From positions 53,506 to 117,505 of the forward strand of contig JAQGDQ010000657.1 of assembly GCA_030141605.1 (NCBI GenBank): DNA of 64,000 nucleotides, given 5' to 3'. Under the pieces are notes generated by a model. The model was not told where the DNA came from. It made no database searches and saw only the letters and a list, made by a program, of their open reading frames with translations. A program made the position numbers and the translations under genes. Source of the stretch: Tubiluchus corallicola (lineage: Eukaryota > Animalia > Priapulida). Shown here piece after piece: positions 44,209-64,000 of this stretch (position 1 is the stretch's first letter; each line of letters opens with the position of its first letter).

Positions 44209-47200
44209 TCAGCAAGCCAACTCTGTTCCCCATGGTCTGTAAGGTTTAAGCTGACTCCCTGGTGAAAGTGGCGCCTGAAAATACGATGATGTCATCGGAT
44301 ATTGTGACGATGATGATGGCTGAGGAGGATGTGACAGTGCTGCCGGAGGTCCTATGTTGCTGGTGCTTGCAGAAGCCGAACCAAACCGCATATGATGTGC
44401 CGGTACTTGTGTGGACATTCTAGGAGGTTCATTGGAATACGGCAGTGCTGGCAGTGTGTTATGACTTGGTAGAGCACTGCTCAGTACTGTTAAGTCACCC
44501 TGTGGATGCTGTTGTATATTTGGTGTTAGTGCATTATTGAACTGACTAGACGAGTAGTTTGTGGACAACGGATTCGACAGGGGTGTCCAACTCGTTTGCT
44601 TCACCGTCATCTCTCGTTGCGCGGAGAAGCATTGGAGGTGACTCATCAGCCGGAGTCGGAGAGGATCCTGAATGTCCATACCTTCCGAAGTGACCAGATA
44701 TCGAGCCACCTCTGATGCGCATTCCCGGAATCCAATGCTGTGGTAGTCCATGGCAATCTTGTTGATGTCACCATACGGATGATAAACATCAACACCTAAA
44801 AACATCGAAATGATAATGAGAAAAGAATTAGTTATTGGTAGAATAAAGTAAAACCAGGTTAATGATTAATTAGATTATGACTGTGAATGGCAGAATGTCC
44901 CTAAACCATTGCAGCTTATTTCACAACAATTGTCATCCATTGCGAGTACTGAGTTGAAAAAGAAAAGTGATGCTGAAAAATTGTGGAACAGTTGAGACTT
45001 GAACCCGAGACCTGGGATGAAATCTCGTGCCTGCTCTGTCATGTTGAACTGGTAACTCAACTGGCAGAGCATGGGAGGTCTAATCCTAGGCCCGGGTTCA
45101 AGTCTCAACTGTTCCACAGTTTTTCAGCATCACTTTTCCTTTTCAACTCAGTACTCGCAATGGATGACAATTGTTGTGAAATAAACTGCAATGGTAATGA
45201 AATATCCACAAAGGGTAATGAACATTCTTATATGATATTTTATACAGAGTTGTTTTTGAAAAAAAATATTATTTTGTTATAAGATATATATATATATATA
45301 TATATATATCAGATACATTTAAAGTGCATTTACAAATATCTCAATCTTATAATGTACAGCCAGTACTAAAACTAGTAATTATTTAATGTAAAGTAATACA
45401 GGCGCCTAGGCCTACTTGATAATTGAATCATTGTGAGCACACTTAACACCTGGTGCCATCTCTACGTAGACAAATGTAACGTTTGTAACTAGTGTTTTAT
45501 CTTGCCTGTACCTAGATGGCGCCACATGCTAATATAAGTTTCTGACAGGCTTTTACTTACAATTAGTTAACATTTAGGCCAGTATTTACATTTTTAAATG
45601 TATCTTTTTTCATTTTCATATGTAGTTAACTCTGTATAGATTTTTAAATTGGAACTGCTTTAATTATTTTTACTGTTTATTTATAACCTTTATCGTTTAG
45701 TGACCATTAAACCTATTAAAAAGTAAAACACTGAGCACTTCTGCACGATTCTCTATTTTCAATAAACGTAATACAGAGAATGTAGTGAAAGTGAAACTAA
45801 ATAATAATCAAAAAAAGTTATTTATTAGAAGATCGTTTCAGACTAGTCGATGCTTCATGAATAATGATTAATAACTTTGAAATAATGCACCTTTACTGTG
45901 TAGTGTCCTCAAGTGGTCAACTGTCATTTGAAGTATCTCAGCCTTCTCTAACTTTGACGTTCCTTGTTTTTCAAATGCTTGAGGTACCAGACGTCTCAAT
46001 TCAGATAAGCAGTTGTTAATTCTGTCTCTCCGCCTCTTCTCTATTACCTACAAATAGGTACAATGTAGAGTACACAGCTTAACAAAATAGATAATAAACA
46101 TGCATATAAGTAAACAAACTAACTGATAGACTTAAATAGACAAATTTGACAAATAATTTGGAATTGATCTGAATAAATTTTATTTGATAGCCAAACAGAC
46201 TCAAACAGGCATGCATGGAAGTAATCATTTAAGCAGCCAGCGAGTGAATGAGTGAGTGAGTGAGTGAGTCAGTCAGTCAGTTAATTAGTCAGCCAGTAAG
46301 TTAGTCAACAAGTTAGTCAGGCAGTTAGTTAGCCAGTCAGTCAGTCACTGAGCTAGTCAGCCAAAAGAACAAACATTAACTGAAATGTGCAAGCTGTGCG
46401 TGGGTGAAAATGTTGTCAGTCAGTCAGTTGGTCAGTGAGTGATTGAGTCAGTCAGTTAGTCAACAAGTTAGTCAGTCAGTCAGTCAGTCATTAAGCTAGT
46501 CAGTCAAAAGAACAAACATTAAGCTGAAATGTGCACGCTGTGACTGAGTGAAAATATTCAAATCACAGGTTTTGCTACCTTTGATGACTTTTTATTGCTT
46601 TTTATATAACCAACGTGTCAATTAAAGGTTGATACCTGCAAAATTATTTAACATGCGAAAAATGTTATATATTAAGAATATAATTTAGAATGCACGCACA
46701 CATACTGCTACTACTCTTTCATTAAAAGGTTCCAACAAGTTATTTTTGACCTGCAATAGGCACACTTACAAAGAGCAAAATTAAACTTGAAAAAATATTA
46801 ATTATGACACAGCAGCGCTTACCCCTCTCCTTCTCTTTCTTGTGTTGAACTGACAGCTGTCATCCGAACTTTGAGATGGAGACCTGAAAAAAGAAATGAT
46901 ACCATTTTTATTAAAACTGTCTGCAAAATCATTCTTTGAAGTGTAAGCCTTAAACAGTTAATACGTTTCTTAAGCAAAAACTTTTAACAATTACAACATG
47001 TAACTTATTGCAGAACAATAGCCAGAATATAATTAATATACAGTGCAGTTAGCTTAACAGTACATTGCATATTAAAACCTAGTTTTTGATTTTAGCTGAT
47101 TTTAGCTAAAATTTTAAGTAAACCTAATTAACAAAAAAAAACGAACAAATCTTTTATAATACAATAACAGAGAGTAATTACAGTATCTTATTTCTCTACC

Positions 47201-47480
47201 ACTGCATTCCAGGGTTCAGCAGTGCAGCGAAGCGTGGCGCAAATTTACAAAAATGTTGTTCTGACAGTTATTAGATGAACATACAGTAATTCAATACAAA
47301 GTAACATCGTAATAACAATAGGACTCGACGCCCCCCCTCTATTAATACTGTAAATTACTCAATTCGTGGCGATTATAGTACGAATCAGTTTGCTAAAGAA
47401 GAGAACTAAATTCTGACTCACGCTTTAACTCCTTCGTGAAAAACATCCTCAATATCCGTCTGATCAAAACTTCTTTTCAT
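44209..47480 (-). CDS. hey: Hairy/E(spl)-related with YRPW motif (Hey) bHLH-Orange repressor, 4 coding exons, ~287 aa
   Basis: Exons (minus): 47422-47480 (MKRSFDQTD..), 46823-46883 (..TRKRRRG), 45891-46047 ([46 protein letters not shown]), 44209-44795 (Orange domain [28 protein letters not shown]; C-terminus [12 protein letters not shown]). GT-AG junctions, phases 2/0/1 consistent. Confidence 0.96.
44876..45195. mobile_element. Palindromic element with tRNA-derived core in Hey intron 3
   Basis: ~100-bp near-perfect inverted arms (44906-45007 / 45092-45195). A-box-like taactcaactgg and B-box ggttcaagtc; related copy at ~14790-14952. Confidence 0.7.
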
Positions 47481-47544
47481 TTTTTCAGCTCAACATTCAC
47501 TAAAATCCGTGTATTTCATGCAAGTTTCTAATCAACATTAACCA

Positions 47545-47870
47545 TGTTTTTCCCACGCTGCTGGAATTAAAACGGCGAGTGTGTGTGAACGCCACACCTC
47601 CCCAAAAGGAGCGTGTCTGATTGACGTCACCGTCGTCCTGTCATCCGTCACGCCATTGGCCGGCCGCACGACATGCAGGTGGTTTAATCGTCTGCTGTAG
47701 TGGCGCCGCAGGGTCGCCAAGTTTGCCTTTGTTTGCCAGAGCGGTTCACTATTTGCCTAGGGAACACTACCGTTAGCTACTACCGTGAGAACATGCGATA
47801 TTAGCATGTCCTAGCTGAGCGTCTATTGTTATCCACCCACCCTGTGGGTTGTTATGATCACGTGACCCAG
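47545..47870 (-). promoter_or_regulatory. Hey proximal promoter with Notch-responsive CSL/Su(H) sites
   Basis: CGTGGGAA on minus at 47550-47557, CGTGAGAA at 47784-47791, CRE TGACGTCA at 47622-47629, CCAAT (minus) ~47656, CACGTG at 47859-47864, in a locally CpG-rich patch directly upstream of the Hey ATG. Hey genes are established direct Notch targets. Confidence 0.7.
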
Positions 47871-48016
47871 CGTGATGTGCTCATTCATATGCAACAGTGT
47901 TTTGCGTTTGTTTTGGCGTAAAAAATTAATTAAGAAGAGTGGTTTGGCCGTCGCTAACTCAGGCCTAGCGGTTGTTCCATTCTGTTATCTAAATTATAAC
48001 TTCCTGTTCTTGCTGT

Positions 48017-48455
48017 ACCATCTTTTAACAATCATTTAACTGTAGATTGTTACCATATTTTAACAATGATATATCTGTAGATTGTTACTATCTTTTAACA
48101 ATCATTTAACTGTAGATTGTTACCATCTTTTAACAATGATATATCTGTAGATTGTTACTATCTTTTAACAATCATTTAACTGTAGATTGTTACCATCTTT
48201 TAACAATAATTTAACTGTAGATTGTTACCATCTTTTAACAATCATTTAACTGTAGATTGTTACCATCTTTTAACAATCATTTAACTGTAGATTGTTACCA
48301 TCTTTTAACAATGATTTAACTGTAGATTGTTAGCATCTTTTAACAATCATTTGCCTGTAGATTGTTACCATCTGTTAACAATCGTTTAACTGTAGATTGT
48401 TACCATCTTTTAACAATGATTTAACTGTAGATTGCTACCATCTTTTAACAATCAT
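48017..48455. repeat. 35-bp minisatellite, ~12 copies, upstream of Hey
   Basis: Unit accatcttttaacaatcatttaactgtagattgtt. Confidence 0.95.
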
Positions 48456-51374
48456 ATTTCTTAATACTTGTCCGTAAAATAGTTTTCAATGCGATAACTA
48501 TCTTGAATGGTAAATTTGTATTTTTGTAGACAACGCCTGCATTGTGTGCGTACTTACCGAATAAAATTTAATATGACAAGTATAAAAGTTATTCTATTAT
48601 TTTATATAGTTATCTTAGATTAGATTTTGCGTATCTCGTAAACGTTTTACGTATTTTAATATTTTTATTAGAATGATATAATCTAATCTAATGATTAGCA
48701 AAATTGGAAAAATTAGCCTGTCCAGCGTACATAACGTTTTTAGTTTATCGCTGAAGTTTATTTAATGACATAACTAGCTTGACGTAAATGATATTAAAAT
48801 TCTCAACTGGTACTACTTAATTTACGCAAGTTTTACAGTTCTAAAACTGCTTGATACTCGCTATCGATTGGACAAGACAGCTCAAAAGAAAACTTCAGTT
48901 TCATCATAATTATTATCATTGAAATTTCAGAAAAAAATTGTCGAAATGGAAAATGCAAACTGAAGACGAAAGTCGTGTTGAAAGTTTTTCTTTATTTTTC
49001 ATTTCAAACAACATTAATGGCAGACATTTTCCTAGTTTCATTAATTCTTATTTAAGCAGTCGAATTCTTGTTTTATCCATAAAAAACCACATCTATACAG
49101 CAAGTGAAGCTTTTAGTAATCTCTATATGCAAAACACAACAGCATTTAAAAGCTATACTTACTTTTTTAATCTTTTAGGGTAAGTAGACCTAAGTTACAA
49201 AAATATCAATCTTGCTAAACAGGTTTTTTATTTATCGGTACAATACATTCAAAGCAAGAAGGTAGTTCAAGCTAACTACTCAAAATTTCCCTTGCGTTTT
49301 TATTATAATTATAAGACTCAAGATTTGACAATGTTTCCTTGGTGATGTTACCTCTGTTGCCAAAAATGGCTTACTTTACCTTTTTGTAATATACACGTGC
49401 AAAAACATCATGCAAACAATTCAAAGAAACATATAGTACTAGACATGATTTTCTGTTTGCAACCTGAACTAGTGAACCGCGAACCTATGTCATCAGTTTC
49501 TGTTTGTGTTTTTTCTTGTTTATCTGTCGAAGTTTTTTTCTACTTTTTTGTTCATCTGAAGAAGAACTACTGAGGTAGTTGAAACATTGTGTCTTTTCTA
49601 TTTTTTTGTTAATCAGTTAGGGAGATCTTTTACTCCCAGAAAACCTTAGTCATTAATCAGTTTAAAAAACTTTCCTGCAAGCCGAGGCAATAATCTTGCT
49701 AATTGCTTTTACATTTGTTATCGTCGTACTGACACTATTGTGTAATGTGTTTGCTCAGTCTGTTGACTGATCCCAGCCTCCCATTCAATATCTGCATCTC
49801 ATCTAAACACATGAGCAAAACACCGCGGTGACTAACAAGGAAAAAAGATCTGTTGTTATGTGCCTAACTATTGGCCTGTAACTGGTGTGTATGTACGAAA
49901 TATCAAACTCTTAGTTACCAAGTTAATGTTATTATGATGCTATGATTATCATCATTACAACCAAAAGGTTGAATTACAGTACTGCATAAAATTACAAAAC
50001 ATAAAACAAAATTTTTAAAAGAATAAACAAGGTAAAACATACAGCGACAAGCACAATTACACTGCTACAAGATACATGAATAAAATAAGTTAAAATGAAT
50101 CAAAACTAAAGATTACAAATTTAATAAACCATATGAGATAAAACTATTTCTTGAATCTCTCTCTTTTGCATCTAGGTAAGGGGTATTTCAGATAGTGGCG
50201 AGTATCTATGAATATGGGCATCTGGCAATAGAGTGTGGATTTTATTATTGGGATTTTGGATTGAAAAGAACAACTTTTGCAAGAATTTTCACGATGGCTA
50301 AATAAATCACGAATATTAGAAAAAATAGAGCATTTGCAAAGTTTAATTTTGACCAATCTTCAATATTTATTTAATCGTCGCGAAAATTCTTGCAAATAGC
50401 ACGAACTAAAAATTTAACTAACTTGAATTGGACAGTTTTCTACATGTAAGTCTGTGTAAGTCCTTGAAGTTTACGATTTTTGGTTAAATCAAATCTGAAG
50501 TTAAATTCATAAATAGGAAAAAGAAGCGCAAAGATGCTTTTTTAATTTATTTAGTTCAATAATAATAATAATAACAATGAATCCATTGGGAAATGCAAAT
50601 ACAATATCTAGAAACACTGAGAAAAAAGACAATAATAATGATTATATTTTGATATCATAGCATGCATATAATAAATGACAAGAACCAGAAGTAAAACTTG
50701 TTAGGTGGTTGCACCATCGTAAACACGTCCAAATAATAATTGAGAAAAAGAACAAACAAACGAAGATTTTAGGCAATTTTTAAAAAAAAGTTGTGCAAAG
50801 CAAAAATAGAAGTGATGGATAAAAGAATGTTAAAAAGGATAGAAAGGATATATATATGTATTCTGTATTTAATTCATTGTTTTAGCATAAAAAATCTCAC
50901 TACTCGTTATATATATTCTATTCTCTGTTAAAACAATAATATACTGCTATTATTATTCTTTAATATATAATATATTTAATAAGACTATAACATAATCTAT
51001 ACGAACAATTTATACCGGTGGACATTAATGATAATTTGAATATGAGGTTAAGGCGTTTATATTAACTGTAATCTTTCTTATTCAGAGAGAGAGTTTGTCA
51101 TCAGTAATTTCCCATATCTGTTCACAATGTAGTCATTCAAATATGATGTAAAATAAATCACATTAAACATTAACGCTTCCAATTACACGTACAATTCGTG
51201 TGCATTATTGTGTGACCAGAGAAACCGGATCCAAAATTGGGGAGAGCAAAACTGTATCATATAATCTGCGTTTCCATTTTCGCTGATAGAGCATTCTGCA
51301 TTATTTGCGGATTTTAATCAAAGTTTTATACCTTAATAATAAGCAGGATTAAAAAATTTCAAATTAGGGTAATG

Positions 51375-51650
51375 GCAAGGCTGCGTAGCGTGGGTGACGC
51401 AACGCATGTATACGCCCCCCGCATTGAGCGGCCTATGATGGGAATGACGCGCGGCGCACACGCGCAGAACGTGGGAAATAACTCGGTTTGAGATTGGCCA
51501 GCCAATAGACGCGTTTTATCCTCTTTCAGGGTAGCGTGCTTGCCCTGTAGCTGACCATTCTTCCGTCGTGTGAACATTTCCTGCAAAGCTAGCGTCTGCT
51601 CATCTGGCACTCGACAGGTGTGTGCGCTTGGACTATAAAGTGCTCAGGTA
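51375..51650. promoter_or_regulatory. CpG-rich regulatory island between Hey and transglutaminase (candidate Notch enhancer or upstream promoter)
   Basis: CGTGGGAA 51470-51477, CGTGTGAA 51567-51574, CACGCG 51459-51464, paired CCAAT boxes (attggccagccaat ~51493-51506), CAGGTG ~51615 and TATAAA ~51634, in a GC/CpG-rich patch within very AT-rich DNA. Confidence 0.5.
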
Positions 51651-51891
51651 AAGCAAATAAAAAACTGATTGTTTTTTACCAAACAAATTATTGCTTAGCC
51701 TTGTATGTGAACAAACATAAGATATTTATTAGTGTCAAAAATACATACAATACAAGAAAAAAACAAGACATACACACAATCCAATTTTGAAATGTAATGC
51801 ACCATATACAAACAAAACAATTATTAATAAAACAAATATGGTTAAATCTTCCCTTTAGTTATATTAGTTATTTAAATGAAAAGTTTAATGA

Positions 51892-52082
51892 TTAGTTTTT
51901 AAAATAAGTTATCATTCATCAGGCCTCATTTTCAATGATATGATCACTACATAGTATATTGTTCATCATGTCTTAAAAAACACTTTTTCAAGCGTTTTTA
52001 AGATATGATGAACAGTATACTATGTAGTGATCATATCATTGAAAATGAGGCCTAATAAATGATAATTTATTTTAAATACTAA
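51892..52082. repeat. Near-perfect ~90-bp-arm inverted repeat (foldback/MITE-like)
   Basis: aggcctcattttcaatgatatgatcactacatagtata..tatactatgtagtgatcatatcattgaaaatgaggcct. Confidence 0.8.
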
Positions 52083-52899
52083 AAATTTCATTTAAAATTA
52101 ACCCGATGAGGTTTGGGAAAAGTTTATAAGATAAGAATACTTAGTTCAGAGACGATGTTGCAAACTCACAGTTAATTATATTTTGAAACTAAACTGAAAA
52201 CAGTAACTGTGAGAAGTTCGAACATAGCTGAATTTGAACCAGGAACTTTCTGCTTAGAAGTTACGCTACTATACCAAGACGTTTCGATAATAGCGTTTAC
52301 ATAATTAAAATTTTCAAATTTGACTGTTTTGTGGATTAAAAGTATTCTTTCATCCAGAAGTAGGAATTTTCATAACACATTATAGAAGAAAAAACCAATT
52401 AAGATATTTATTAAACTGTTAGATTTTAAACTATGCAGTCTCTATTTATTACACGATTACACAATAATTAGTCCATAAAGACATACAGTAAACGTTGCAG
52501 CAGTAACTCTTAAATAGCATGATTTCAACATCATCTGAACACATAGGAAATGTTCTTATTATACAGATAATACGTATATAAAAAGGCTAGTCTGGTTTTG
52601 AATATCACAGTTTCGATTAGTGCAATTTTGTGCTACTTAGTAACGTATTATGTGTTTCATGTACTATACCGTATTATATGATTTATGCTGCGTTGTTGAC
52701 AATCTATCTACCATAAACGCTAACACCAGCACTCCTTGACAACGCACGTGGAAAAACGTTGCCACTTGCCAGCCGTGACATCATGTCTTTGTTGAAGTGA
52801 AGTGAATGACTATCATCATCATCGTCAGCTGATCCACCAAGACGAGCTGAGATTTGAGTTTACGACTGTTGTGCTAAGGGTTACCCAAGTTTTGCTAAC

Positions 52900-63651
<10,752 letters not shown>

Positions 63652-64000
63652 GTGAGGTTTAAAGGAAGGATCAAGTCACTTTGCATGTTTATTTTAATGT
63701 TATCTGACGTACATTTCATTTGCGATTCTGAATTTAAAGTACAGCACTACAATAATAAATTAACACGTGCTGCCACCTGGCCTTGGTCAGTGCTGCTCAG
63801 TCACTTGTACCTGCTGGGCTTCCCATATAATGGTAGTGTTGATTGCTGGTGTGTTGTTCTAGCCAATCAGGTAAGCTCAGTGGGTGCATGTGACTCGGGT
63901 AGCTCTGGCAAGGCCAGCTGGGGTTTTTTCTTTTTAAGCATCGCTGTTGAATGGTCAGCATGTGGCAACTTTCCTGTAAATAATAGAAACAAAGTCTTTC

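Noticed and set aside
44990-45115. Functional tRNA gene
   Set aside because: Acceptor and anticodon stems do not pair properly; it is part of a palindromic repeat element.

Overview
AT-rich, repeat-dense genomic DNA from a non-chordate bilaterian invertebrate (inferred from the long-coil-1b, lamin-tail-type cytoplasmic intermediate filament). Three spliced genes can be rebuilt by hand with consistent intron phases: (1) a complete 11-exon cytoplasmic intermediate filament gene (minus, 18490-36809, ~549 aa, one GC-AG intron); (2) a complete 4-exon Hey bHLH-Orange-YRPW gene (minus, 44209-47480, ~287 aa) with upstream CSL/Su(H) sites; (3) the first 8 coding exons of a transglutaminase (plus, from 52900, catalytic GQCWVF at ~63615-63632), running off the window end. 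The rest holds about 9 copies of a TTAA-flanked Kolobok-like non-autonomous element, other MITEs, LINE remnants, tRNA-derived elements and many mini/microsatellites. Most other ORFs in the supplied track are repeat artefacts. The most unusual signal is a set of about 11 mutually dissimilar non-coding islands of 0.25-0.8 kb. They are packed with 7-12 bp nested and crossing (pseudoknot-type) helices whose mismatches are mostly G-U compatible on one strand, so they are candidate large structured RNAs; these helices were found by eye and not tested statistically. Also notable: a minisatellite that multiplies a real splice donor ~35 times, an exon bracketed by complementary (GA)n/(CT)n tracts, an AP-1 site array and a pre-miRNA-like hairpin.
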